Positions 55,200-64,000 of a stretch of DNA of 64,000 nucleotides are shown one piece after another. A program made the position numbers and the translations under genes. Source of the stretch: Terriglobia bacterium (GTDB lineage Bacteria > Acidobacteriota > Terriglobia > Bryobacterales > Bryobacteraceae); assembly GCA_963714205.1 (NCBI GenBank), contig CAVQNQ010000002.1, positions 168,478 through 232,477 on the forward strand, read 5' to 3'. Positions within the stretch are counted from its first letter, which is position 1. Each line of letters opens with the position of its first letter. The notes below the pieces were generated by a model. That model was not told the origin of the DNA and searched no databases. It worked only from the letters and a program-made list of their open reading frames with translations.

Positions 55200-56150
55200 T
55201 CAGACCAGGCTTTCGTAGAGTACCGTGCTCAAGTAGCGCTCGCCGGAATCGGGCAGCACCGCCACGATGGTCTTGCCCGCGAATTCAGGCTGCCGCGCCA
55301 GTCTCACAGCCACCGCCGCGGCCGCCCCGCAGGAGATCCCCGACAGGATGCCCTCTTCCCGCCCGAGCCGCCGCGCGAACTCCACGGACTCCTCGTTGGT
55401 GACGGTCTCCACGCGGTCCACCATGCCTAGATCCAGGGTCTCGGGGATGAAGCCCGCCCCGATGCCCTGAATTTTGTGCGGCCCGGGCGCCAGCGGCTCG
55501 CCTTTGCGCTGCTGGGTGATGACCGGGCTCGTCACCGGCTCGACCGCTACCGAGAGGACGGCTTTGCCGCAAACCTGCTTGATATAGCGCGAAACGCCGG
55601 TGATGGTGCCGCCCGTGCCCACGCCCGATACCAGCACGTCAATCTGGCCTTCGGTATCCTCCCAGATCTCCGGCCCGGTGGTACGGAAATGGATTTCGGG
55701 ATTAGCGGGGTTCTTGAACTGCTGCAAGAGAACATAGCGGGACGGGTCCGATTGGGCGATCTCTTCGGCCTTGGCGATGGCGCCTTTCATACCCTTGGAG
55801 CCGTCGGTGAGCGCGAGCTTGGCTCCGAAAGCGGCCAGCACCTTGCGGCGCTCGAGCGACATGGTCTCGGGCATGGTGAGGGTAATGGGATAGCCCCGCG
55901 CGGCCGCCACGAAAGCCAGCGCGATGCCGGTGTTGCCGCTGGTGGGCTCCACCAGTTCCTTGCCGGGGCCGAGCGCGCCGCGTTTTTCGGCATCCCATAC
56001 CATGGAGGCGCCGATGCGGTCCTTGACGGAATAGGCCGGGTTGCGTCCTTCGATTTTGGCCCAAATGGTGGCCGAAGCTCCCTGGGCCAAACGGTTGAGG
56101 CGCACCAGGGGCGTGCGTCCGATACTGAGCGAGTTGTCGTCGAATCTCAT
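55200..56150 (-). CDS. cysK: cysteine synthase A (O-acetylserine sulfhydrylase)
   Basis: PLP-lysine region SVKDRIG and GTGGTITG motifs. Start chosen at the internal Met (MRFDD), and the ORF extends to 56255. Confidence 0.9.
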   Translation of the reverse strand: MRFDDNSLSIGRTPLVRLNRLAQGASATIWAKIEGRNPAYSVKDRIGASMVWDAEKRGALGPGKELVEPTSGNTGIALAFVAAARGYPITLTMPETMSLERRKVLAAFGAKLALTDGSKGMKGAIAKAEEIAQSDPSRYVLLQQFKNPANPEIHFRTTGPEIWEDTEGQIDVLVSGVGTGGTITGVSRYIKQVCGKAVLSVAVEPVTSPVITQQRKGEPLAPGPHKIQGIGAGFIPETLDLGMVDRVETVTNEESVEFARRLGREEGILSGISCGAAAAVAVRLARQPEFAGKTIVAVLPDSGERYLSTVLYESLV

Positions 56151-56243
56151 GAGCGTGTTCCTCTGATGATTATGCGCCGGGTGTGGGTTCAGACGGTACC
56201 GGCACTCTATTCTCATGCAAGATGAGCCTGAACCGGGGCCTGG

Positions 56244-56267
56244 ATTCTCACGCAAGATGAGCCTGAA
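56244..56267 (+). repeat. second, internal direct copy of the IS left-end repeat (ATTCTCACGCAAGATGAGCCTGAA)
   Basis: 22 of 24 identical to 56209-56232; lies between the IRL and the transposase start. Confidence 0.6.
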
Positions 56268-56287
56268 GGGGAAGATCGCGATGCTGG

Positions 56288-57532
56288 GTGTTGATCATCA
56301 GCATGGACGATTCGGAAGCCGCGAGCCTGGAGCAGATCCGGGCATTTCTGGCCGGCAGCGGCGAGGTGCGGTTTGCCGGGCAGAAGCGCGCGGAAGTGTA
56401 CGGTTGGGTGGAACAGACGCTGGTGCGGCGCCAGTATGTCGGCTTGGACCGGCCGGGCAAGGGGCTCGTGCGGCTCTACATTGGCCGGATGACGGGGTTG
56501 AGCCGGGCGCAGGTGACCAGGCTGATCGCCGGATACCGCGACACCGGCCGGGTGACAGCGGCGATCTATCGGCGCAACCAGTTCGCCACGCACTACACCG
56601 CGGCCGATGTGAACCTGTTGGCTTACGTAGACAAGGCGCATGGGAACTTGAGCGGACCGGCGACTTGTCGAATCCTGGAGCGCGAATACGCCGCATACGG
56701 CCAGGCGGCCTACCAGCGGTTAGCGGAGATTTCCGTGGCGCACCTCTACCGGCTGCGCAACTCGCAAGCGTATCGGAAACGCAACACCAGTTACCAGCCC
56801 ACACGACCCACGCCAATTCCCATCGGCGAGCGGCGCAAGCCGCAGCCGTGCGGTTCGCCTGGATACCTGCGCATCGACACGGTGCATCAGGGCGATCAGG
56901 ACGGGCGCAAGGGGCTTTATCACATCAACGCGGTGGACGAGGTGACGCAATGGGAAATTGTGGCCGCCACGCCGCAGATTTCCGAACTCTGGCTCATGCC
57001 GGTGCTGGAAGCACTGCTCGCGCAGTTTCCCTTCGTGATCCGCAGCCTTCATTCCGACAACGGCAGCGAGTTCATCAACTACAACGTGGCCCGTCTGCTG
57101 GGCAAACTGCTCATCGAACAAACCAAGTCGCGGGCGTACCATTCCGGCGACAACGGCTTGGTCGAATCCAAGAACGGAGCCATCATCCGCAAGCATATCG
57201 GCTACGGCTACATCGACGCGCAACACGCCGAGGCGATGGACCAATTTCACCGGCAGCACATGAACCCGTACGTCAACTTCCATCGCCCTTGCGCCATACC
57301 CCAAGTCGTCACCGAAGCCAACGGCAAGCGTCGCCGCCTCTACTTGCGCTGGGCCACGCCTTTCGAGCTCTTTCGGGAATCCCCGCGCTGCGAGAGCTTC
57401 CTGCGCCCAGGGGTCACGCTGTCGGAACTGGAGGGCTTCGCCCAAACCCAATCCGACACCGAAGCCGCGCTCGCCATGCAGCACGCCAAACGGAAGCTAT
57501 TCGACCGCTTCCGGCGGACGGAAACCGCCTAA
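56288..57532 (+). CDS. DDE-type transposase / integrase (rve catalytic core)
   Basis: N-terminal HTH ([14 protein letters not shown]); catalytic D ([11 protein letters not shown]), D (LHSDNGSEF) and E (ESKNGAI) in rve-like spacing. An ATG at 56303 is also possible. Confidence 0.85.
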   Translation: MLIISMDDSEAASLEQIRAFLAGSGEVRFAGQKRAEVYGWVEQTLVRRQYVGLDRPGKGLVRLYIGRMTGLSRAQVTRLIAGYRDTGRVTAAIYRRNQFATHYTAADVNLLAYVDKAHGNLSGPATCRILEREYAAYGQAAYQRLAEISVAHLYRLRNSQAYRKRNTSYQPTRPTPIPIGERRKPQPCGSPGYLRIDTVHQGDQDGRKGLYHINAVDEVTQWEIVAATPQISELWLMPVLEALLAQFPFVIRSLHSDNGSEFINYNVARLLGKLLIEQTKSRAYHSGDNGLVESKNGAIIRKHIGYGYIDAQHAEAMDQFHRQHMNPYVNFHRPCAIPQVVTEANGKRRRLYLRWATPFELFRESPRCESFLRPGVTLSELEGFAQTQSDTEAALAMQHAKRKLFDRFRRTETA

Positions 57533-57540
57533 CACGCCCC

Positions 57541-57674
57541 CCATGCGCCTCCCGTCGGTCGGCGATCGGTTCTGTGCCCCGGTCGGGCGCAAAACCAACC
57601 CAAAACCAAAACCGTTCCAAAGAAGGGAAAACCAACGGATGTTTGCAGGCCATGCGTGCCTCCCGTTGGTCGGC
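57541..57674 (+). repeat. subterminal direct repeats (CCATGCGYGCCTCCCGTYGGTCGGC, two copies) flanking an A/C-rich tract in the IS 3' non-coding region
   Basis: Copies at 57541-57563 and 57650-57674; AAAACCAACCCAAAACCAAAACCG between them. Confidence 0.5.
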
Positions 57675-57805
57675 CCCGGAGATTCGAAACAGCATCAGAA
57701 AGGAGACTCAGCGCCGGATCGCTTCGCCCCCGGCTTCAGGCTCATCCTTCGATGAGAATATGCTCCGGCCCGCCCGCAAGCCCGCACTGCTACACTCAGG
57801 AGAGA

Positions 57806-58234
57806 ATGGCGAAAGCGACAGCCAAAGCAAACGAAGAGAAGCCGGTGACGCCGCCCCTGGCCACCTGGGCGCCGGCCGTGGCCTTGGGATGGCTGGTTCC
57901 CGGAGGAGGTCACTTCCTCCTGAAGCGGACCGGCCGGGGAATCCTGCTGCTGGCGGCGGTCACGGTCATGTTTGTGAGCGGCCTGATGATGCGCGGCGCG
58001 ATGTTCCACCCGCAGAATGGCGACCTGCTCACCGCGCTGATCAACTGGGGCGGCTTTTTCGGCGATGTCTGCGGGGGCATTTTCTATCTGCTGAGTGTGT
58101 GGCTGGGGTACAATCAGCCGGATGTAGCCGGCCACGTCCATGATTACGGCACCAAGTTCCTGGTGGCCGCCGGCCTGCTGAACCTGCTGGCCATGGTGGA
58201 TGCTTTCGAGATCGCCGCGGGGAGAAAAGACTGA
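57806..58234 (+). CDS. hypothetical membrane protein (142 aa)
   Basis: AGGAGAG RBS; Lys/Ala-rich N-terminus followed by three or four TM helices. Confidence 0.5.
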   Translation: MAKATAKANEEKPVTPPLATWAPAVALGWLVPGGGHFLLKRTGRGILLLAAVTVMFVSGLMMRGAMFHPQNGDLLTALINWGGFFGDVCGGIFYLLSVWLGYNQPDVAGHVHDYGTKFLVAAGLLNLLAMVDAFEIAAGRKD

Positions 58235-58419
58235 TGCCCAAAATGACGCTTTCGCATTTCGAGGCGGCCATACTGTTTTCGCTGTGCACGGCCGTGGTGA
58301 TGGGCGTGGTCACCAAGCGCACGGACCGCGAACGCCTCCACTACGGCATCTACATCTTCGCCTGCTTCGTGGTTGCGCTATTCGGCTTGGGCTGGCTGAT
58401 GTATCTCGGCCACGGATGA
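58234..58419 (+). CDS. small membrane protein (61 aa), translationally coupled
   Basis: ATG overlaps the upstream stop (TGATG); two TM helices. Confidence 0.35.
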   Translation: MPKMTLSHFEAAILFSLCTAVVMGVVTKRTDRERLHYGIYIFACFVVALFGLGWLMYLGHG

Positions 58420-58432
58420 CCCGGCGTGCGCC

Positions 58433-59245
58433 CTACTCCTTCAACCCGTAAGTCACGCTGACGGTGGTGTCCGGTCCCGAACGACCCACGACAACGACCA
58501 GGGAGCGGTGGCTGCCCTCGTCCTCGGCGGTGAACATGCCGCCCTGTGGGGTGGTAGTGTTCACGGTGACCTTCATCCCCGCGTCGCGCGCCTTGTCCTG
58601 GTAAAAAGACAAAACCTGCGCGGGCGAATCCGGCGTGCTGAAGGCGAATGTGCCGCCTTCCTTGGCGCCCTGGTTATCGGTTCCAGTGGCTGAAAAAGTG
58701 GCCTTTCCGTTCGATCCCGGATACGCCGGCACCCAGGCGGGCAGCTTGGCGGCGCCACCGCCAAAATCCAGCGTGGCGGTTTCGCCGTTATCGCCCTCGG
58801 CGGTGATGTGGAAGCGGCCATTCTGGATGTCGTTGAAGTTGAGGGTGGTCTCCTTACCGGTGTGCCGGTCGCGCACGGTGATGGAGCCGGCGTTATCGTC
58901 ATGGCTCACTTCCTCCAGGTCCGGATGAGCCCCCAGGAACATCTTGGCGACCGCATAGCCGGGGTTGCGGCGCATCAGGCCGGGATCGAGGCCCGCCTGC
59001 CGCACTTTGTGGGCAATGAACAGGCCCGTTCCCACAGTGGCCGCGCCGCCCAGGACGAACAGCCCCAGGATCACTACCAGCACCCAGACCAGCGGGCTGG
59101 TCCTGCGCACGGGCGCGGGCGGTACGCCCGCGGCGCTCGCGGCGGCGGGGATTGGCGCGGGCGCTCCCGCGGCGCGCACCGGCGTGCCGCAATTGCCACA
59201 GAAAGCGCCGCTTATCTGGGCTCCGCAATTACTACAGAAAGCCAT
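58433..59245 (-). CDS. zinc-ribbon / single-TM / extracellular-domain protein
   Basis: GGAGGA RBS before ATG 59245; N-terminal CSNCG...CGNCG zinc ribbon; Pro/Ala linker; TM segment; C-terminal domain of about 180 aa. Confidence 0.6.
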   Translation of the reverse strand: MAFCSNCGAQISGAFCGNCGTPVRAAGAPAPIPAAASAAGVPPAPVRRTSPLVWVLVVILGLFVLGGAATVGTGLFIAHKVRQAGLDPGLMRRNPGYAVAKMFLGAHPDLEEVSHDDNAGSITVRDRHTGKETTLNFNDIQNGRFHITAEGDNGETATLDFGGGAAKLPAWVPAYPGSNGKATFSATGTDNQGAKEGGTFAFSTPDSPAQVLSFYQDKARDAGMKVTVNTTTPQGGMFTAEDEGSHRSLVVVVGRSGPDTTVSVTYGLKE

Positions 59246-59308
59246 ATATCCTCCGATTCGATTCACTGTACGCTAGCGGCGCGAACTTCGCAATGGTTTT
59301 ATCCGGGC

Positions 59309-60295
59309 CTAACGCGAACCCAGGTAGATGTCATGAATCCGGAGCAGCCCGAGCGCCTGCCCGGCCTCGTTCACCACCGGCAATACCGAAATCTGCGACG
59401 GGCGCCGCTCCATCAGGTCGAGGGCCGCGCCGAGGCTGACCTCCGGCCCGATGGTGACGGGCTTCCGGGTCATGACGTCCCCGGCGCACAGGCCCCGGAT
59501 ATCGTCGTGGGTGGTGAGGGCGCGGCGCAGGTCGCCATCGGTGATGAAGCCGGCCAGCGCGCCATCGGCCGCCACCACGCAGGCCCCTCCCAGCGGCTGG
59601 AGGGTCATGGCGATAATCACCTCTTTGAGCGAAGCCTCCGGCGAAACGCGGGCTACCTCATCGCGGCCGTGCATGGCCTCGCGCACCGAAAGGCGCAGGT
59701 TGCGGCCGAGTTGGCCGCCGGGATGGTAGCGGCCGAAATCCTCCCGGGTAAAATTGCCCGCGCACATCAGGGCTATGGCCAAAGCGTCTCCGAGAGCCAG
59801 GGCGGCCACCGCGCTGGCCGTGGGCGCCAGGTTATGCGGATCCGCCTCGCGCTCCACTGAGGCGTCCAGCAGTACGTCCAGCTGGGCGGCCAGCGGCGCG
59901 GCGGCGCTGCCGAGAATCCCGATCAGCGGCGAATGGAACTCCCGCAGCAGGGGCACCAGCGATAACAGCTCGGGCGAGCTGCCGTTTTTCGAGACCAGCA
60001 CGGTGGGGTCGCCGGGCGTGTAGATCCCCAGGTCGCCGTGCACGGCTTCGGCGGGGTGCAGGAAAACCGCGGCCGTGCCGGTGCTGCACAGGGTGGCTAC
60101 GATCTTACGGGCGATGTGTCCGGACTTGCCGATGCCCGTGACTACCACCTTGCCCGGATGAGCCCGGATCAACTCCACGGCGCGAATCAGCTCGCCGCCC
60201 AGGCGCGCCGCGGCCCGCGCCACCGCTCCGGCCTCGATCTCCATGGCGGTGCGCGCGGCCGCCAGCCACTCTTCGTGGATTGGGTCTGAAATCAT
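59309..60295 (-). CDS. kpsF: KpsF/GutQ-family arabinose-5-phosphate isomerase
   Basis: SIS domain (VVVTGIGKSGHIARKI) plus tandem CBS domains; start at the internal Met (MISDP). Confidence 0.9.
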   Translation of the reverse strand: MISDPIHEEWLAAARTAMEIEAGAVARAAARLGGELIRAVELIRAHPGKVVVTGIGKSGHIARKIVATLCSTGTAAVFLHPAEAVHGDLGIYTPGDPTVLVSKNGSSPELLSLVPLLREFHSPLIGILGSAAAPLAAQLDVLLDASVEREADPHNLAPTASAVAALALGDALAIALMCAGNFTREDFGRYHPGGQLGRNLRLSVREAMHGRDEVARVSPEASLKEVIIAMTLQPLGGACVVAADGALAGFITDGDLRRALTTHDDIRGLCAGDVMTRKPVTIGPEVSLGAALDLMERRPSQISVLPVVNEAGQALGLLRIHDIYLGSR

Positions 60296-60622
60296 GCGAT
60301 GCGACCATGATCGCACGTTGCAATCGGGGATCTAAGCCCACCGGTGCACGGCGCCTGCGCGCGAGTAATTAGACGCCAGACTCTTAGAATCCATATAATC
60401 GGCTGCCGGATTCCATATAGCGTGCCGTGATCGCGCCGCCTTCCACCCCCAATGTGTCGTTTTTCGGACCTTCAGGTTGTCCGAAATTTAACCGTGCCGG
60501 CTCTTCATCCCCTCTATCGGGGTCTTTACCGCCCCAAAGACATAGTGGCTAGTAAGTTGCTTGAAGCGAGACCAGGTTGGAAGCTAATCCAACATTAGTT
60601 TCCAGTGGGAGGGGAGAGTACG

Positions 60623-63600
60623 ATGCTGAGACACTTACTGCCGCTGTGCCTCGCCCTGTGCATGGGCGTAACCATAAATACCGGCGCTGGGGCGCAATCG
60701 ATTACATCGGGCGACATAACCGGGATGGTTACAGATCCGAGCGGAGCCACCGTGCCCAAAGCCACCGTGACACTGACCAACGTCAACACCAATGCCACGG
60801 AGAACACCATTACGAGCTCGCAGGGAACGTACCGTTTTGCTTTCGTGCCTGTAGGAGCCTACAGCGTGACTGTGAAAGCCGTCGGTTTCCAGGTGCAACA
60901 GAAGAACGGTATCATGGTCACCGCCGGACAGCCTACTGCCGCGGACATCCAGCTCCAACTGGCCACGGCCACCGAGACCGTGCAGGTTTCGGAAGCCAGC
61001 AGCGTCATCCAGACGGAGAACGCCGACGTGGCAACGGCCTACAACACGGAGACGCTTCAAAACATGCCCAATCCCGGGGGCGATCTCACCTATTTTGCGC
61101 AGGGGGCGCCCGGCGTGGTGATGAATACGCAGGCCGGCTATGGCAACTTCGTCGCGGGCGGAATGCCCGGCATTTCCAACCTGTTTACTATAAACGGCAC
61201 GAACGATAACGATCCTTTCCTCGGCCTCAATAATAGCGGCGCCTCCAACCTGCTGCTGGGCTCGAATGACATTGGCGAGGCTAATGTGATCAACAACGCC
61301 TATTCCGCGCAATACGGCCAATATGCCGGAACGCAGGTTACTTATATCACGAAATCCGGAACGAATAAGTTCCACGGCGACGCTATATATAATTGGAATG
61401 GCCGGGCACTCAACGCCAATCAGTTTTTCAGCAACCAGGTGGGCCAGCCGACGCCGTTCAACAACTTCAATCAATGGATGACCAACCTGAACGGCCCCAT
61501 TTGGAAGGACCACACGTTTTTCGACTTCAACTACGAAGGCGTGCACAGCTTGGTACCCATCTCCAGCAGGCTCAACCTGATTCCCAGTCCCCAGTTCCAG
61601 GCGGCCACGCTGGCGAACCTCGCCGCCAACGGGAATTCCGCTGAGATTCCTTTTTACCAGAAGGCTTTTGCAATCTATAACAATGCTCCAGGGGCCGCCT
61701 CCGCCATTCCGGTGGCGAATAACGGGGGCTGTCAGGACTTCACCGGTTTACCTTCCGGCGTCCCTTGCGCACTCCAGTTCCGGAGCACGCCTGGCAACCT
61801 GTTTACGGAATACCAGTGGGCCGCGCGTGTTGACCACATCTTCAGCCAAAACGATCGAGGTTATATCCGGCTGCTGCGCGATAATGGCTTTCAGCCTACT
61901 TACACCAACTCGTTCGGCCCGATCTTCAATATTCAGAGCAACCAGCCACAGATGCTCGGCCAAGTCTCGGAGACGCATGTTTTCGGTCCAGAGACGGTCA
62001 ACGAATTCAAGGGATCCGCGCTGTTCTACTCGGCGGTCTTTGAGCCGGCAAGTCCCAGCGGTTCCTTGGCCGCGCTGCCGACGTTTTTGAGCTTCTCGGG
62101 CACTCCATTCTCCAGCATCGGACCCTGGACCGAACCCGGAAACCCCAACGCCTACTTCCCGGAGGGACGGCGCGTATTCCAATATCAGATCCTGGACGAT
62201 CTCTCGCATGTCCGGGGCAAGCACACCTTTCGCATCGGGTTTAGCTGGCTCCATGACACCGTTACCGACCTTGATTTTCAGGGGGTCGGCGGACCTCTCA
62301 ATGGGGCCATCGTGACGACCTTGACCGATTTCTTCAACGGAGGGGGCCCCAGCACTTCTCTCAACCAGGCTTTTCCCTCCTCACCGGAAGAAAGCATCCG
62401 CCTCAATACTTATGGAGGCTATGTCGCGGACGACTGGAAGGTGAACGACCGGCTGACGGTTTCCTTGAACTTGCGGCTGGAAAGCTACGCCAGCCCCACC
62501 TGCGATTCCAACTGCTTCTCCCGCCTGGCTTCGCAGTTCACCGGCACACCCACCCCCGGCGCCGCCAATACACCTTATAACCAGCTTATTCTCACGGGTC
62601 AGAAAGACGCCTATCCGCGCAGTCAAGCGGTGGTTTGGGAACCGCGCGTCGGGATCGCCTGGAGGCCGTTCAACACCGATAGCACCGTTATTCGGACGGG
62701 CGCCGGCGTCTTCGCGGACGAATTGCCCGGTGGACTGGCGGAGTTCGCGGCATTCAATCCTCCAACCCTGACTGCTTTCACGGCTGGAAACGGTCTACTG
62801 GCGCCGGGTGTTTCCGGGAGCTTGTTTACGAAGGTCGCCCAAGCCAACCAGATCCTGGCATCCCAGTTCGCGTCCGGCGGAAGCTTCAACTCCATTTCGC
62901 AATCAATTCCCACTTTCGCGCCTCCGAGTTTCACTGCTTTCCCCAATAACTTCAACCAGCCGACCTACTATAAGTGGAATTTCCAGATCGAACAGGCGCT
63001 GGGCTGGAAGACGGCGCTGATTGTCAATTACTCGGGCATGCATGGCGAGCACATCCCCATAGCGGACACGGCGTTGAACGGTTATTGTCCGACCTCGGTT
63101 TGCCCGACCGGCTTTCTCGGTCTGCCGGTCGCCCCGCCGAATCCGGCGCTGGGCCAGGTCACACAGTACCTGTCGGCCGCCAACTCGAACTACAACGGCC
63201 TCACGATCAGCCTGCAGCGTCATCTTTCGGCAGGTTTAACGTTCAATGTGAATTACACATGGAGCCATTCGCTCGACGATGTCTCAAACGGCGGCGTGCA
63301 AAACGAGCCCTTTAACTTCGTGTCCACGGACCCAAGCATCACCGTTCTGCAGAACCCCTACAGCGTGCGCGGCAATTACGGGAACTCGGATTACGATGTG
63401 CGGCATTACTTTAGCGCCAGCTTCGTCCTTACCGACATGTTCCGCCAGGCGAGATTCCACTGGGGTCCCAACCGGGTTTTCGGCGGATGGACGCTTTCCA
63501 GCAACTGGTCCTTCCGGACGGGCCTGCCCTTCACCATCATCGATAACAGCGCGCTCGCCCCATTGCTCGGATCGAATTTTTCTCCGGTACAATACATCTT

Positions 63601-63994
63601 CGCCTCGCCGGTGACGAGCGTCCCGGGAACCTGCACCAGCGCTGTGAATTCGCCTTGTCTGAGCCCGTCGCAGTTTGCGCCTCCGGCCAACGGCGCCCCG
63701 TCCGGCTTCGGCACCATCGGACGCAACTCCGTCTACGGCCCGCATTTCTTCGATACCGATATTGCGCTCATGAAGGATGTCGCTCTCGGCGAGCACGTCA
63801 CCTTCTCGTTCGGCGCGCAGGCGTACAACGTGTTCAATCACCCCAATTTCGACCAGCCGGTCAGCGACATCTCGAACCCGCAGTTTGGTTCCAGCATCTC
63901 CACCGTGGGACCGCCAACGGGCATCCTGGGTTCCTTCGTGGGTGCCGGGAGTTCGCCGCGGTTCGTCGAAATCAAGGGCGCCCTGCGCTTCTAG
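60623..63994 (+). CDS. TonB-dependent receptor-like outer-membrane protein with an N-terminal carboxypeptidase-regulatory-like domain
   Basis: Signal peptide; CarbopepD_reg-like beta-sandwich (GMVTDPSGATVPKATVTLTNVNTNAT...YRFAFVPVGAYSVTVKA); long beta-barrel ending in a terminal Phe (ALRF); strong GGGAGGGGAGAG RBS. Confidence 0.85.
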   Translation: MLRHLLPLCLALCMGVTINTGAGAQSITSGDITGMVTDPSGATVPKATVTLTNVNTNATENTITSSQGTYRFAFVPVGAYSVTVKAVGFQVQQKNGIMVTAGQPTAADIQLQLATATETVQVSEASSVIQTENADVATAYNTETLQNMPNPGGDLTYFAQGAPGVVMNTQAGYGNFVAGGMPGISNLFTINGTNDNDPFLGLNNSGASNLLLGSNDIGEANVINNAYSAQYGQYAGTQVTYITKSGTNKFHGDAIYNWNGRALNANQFFSNQVGQPTPFNNFNQWMTNLNGPIWKDHTFFDFNYEGVHSLVPISSRLNLIPSPQFQAATLANLAANGNSAEIPFYQKAFAIYNNAPGAASAIPVANNGGCQDFTGLPSGVPCALQFRSTPGNLFTEYQWAARVDHIFSQNDRGYIRLLRDNGFQPTYTNSFGPIFNIQSNQPQMLGQVSETHVFGPETVNEFKGSALFYSAVFEPASPSGSLAALPTFLSFSGTPFSSIGPWTEPGNPNAYFPEGRRVFQYQILDDLSHVRGKHTFRIGFSWLHDTVTDLDFQGVGGPLNGAIVTTLTDFFNGGGPSTSLNQAFPSSPEESIRLNTYGGYVADDWKVNDRLTVSLNLRLESYASPTCDSNCFSRLASQFTGTPTPGAANTPYNQLILTGQKDAYPRSQAVVWEPRVGIAWRPFNTDSTVIRTGAGVFADELPGGLAEFAAFNPPTLTAFTAGNGLLAPGVSGSLFTKVAQANQILASQFASGGSFNSISQSIPTFAPPSFTAFPNNFNQPTYYKWNFQIEQALGWKTALIVNYSGMHGEHIPIADTALNGYCPTSVCPTGFLGLPVAPPNPALGQVTQYLSAANSNYNGLTISLQRHLSAGLTFNVNYTWSHSLDDVSNGGVQNEPFNFVSTDPSITVLQNPYSVRGNYGNSDYDVRHYFSASFVLTDMFRQARFHWGPNRVFGGWTLSSNWSFRTGLPFTIIDNSALAPLLGSNFSPVQYIFASPVTSVPGTCTSAVNSPCLSPSQFAPPANGAPSGFGTIGRNSVYGPHFFDTDIALMKDVALGEHVTFSFGAQAYNVFNHPNFDQPVSDISNPQFGSSISTVGPPTGILGSFVGAGSSPRFVEIKGALRF

Positions 63995-64000
63995 GACGGA

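Larger units (their letters stand above)
56208..57760 (+). mobile_element. insertion sequence of about 1.55 kb with a single DDE transposase ORF, bounded by imperfect inverted repeats of about 26 bp
   Basis: IRL TATTCTCATGCAAGATGAGCCTGAA (56208-56232); IRR TTCAGGCTCATCCTTCGATGAGAATA (57735-57760), matching the reverse complement of IRL at about 23 of 26 positions. The family is not assigned. Confidence 0.65.

Overview
This is a high-GC bacterial chromosomal segment of about 64 kb whose gene content looks acidobacterial (my inference). The evidence is an archaemetzincin, a Carboxypeptidase-regulatory-like/TonB-dependent receptor ending in Phe, several GT-C family membrane glycosyltransferase-like proteins, and TAT signals. 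I found no tRNA, rRNA or CRISPR array.

The core is housekeeping: serS, tmk, holB, aroA, an F1Fo ATP synthase block (atpF'-atpF-atpH-atpA-atpG-atpD-atpC, with no a or c subunits), metH, dapF, cysK and kpsF.

Between these sit several accessory modules:
- A sensor histidine kinase whose periplasmic domain carries a CXXCH haem-c motif, followed by a sigma54-dependent response regulator, an archaemetzincin, a single-domain asparaginase-like protein and an S9 peptidase.
- A membrane protein with a LiaF-like repeated 'toastrack' domain, followed by a LytS-type histidine kinase and a LytTR response regulator encoded on the opposite strand, with convergent overlap.
- A membrane-stress cluster XRE-NfeD-flotillin-PspA, in which the XRE and NfeD genes need three +1 frameshifts to be read.
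- A large 1133-aa secreted protein of unknown function followed by a VWA protein, next to a frameshifted ORF6N phage-type gene that contains a perfect 21-bp palindrome.
- A Gly/Tyr-rich low-complexity secreted protein.
- One single-ORF IS element with about 26-bp terminal inverted repeats.

At least five apparent frameshifts occur in conserved genes. They could be assembly errors or real pseudogenes, and only read-level evidence can tell which.
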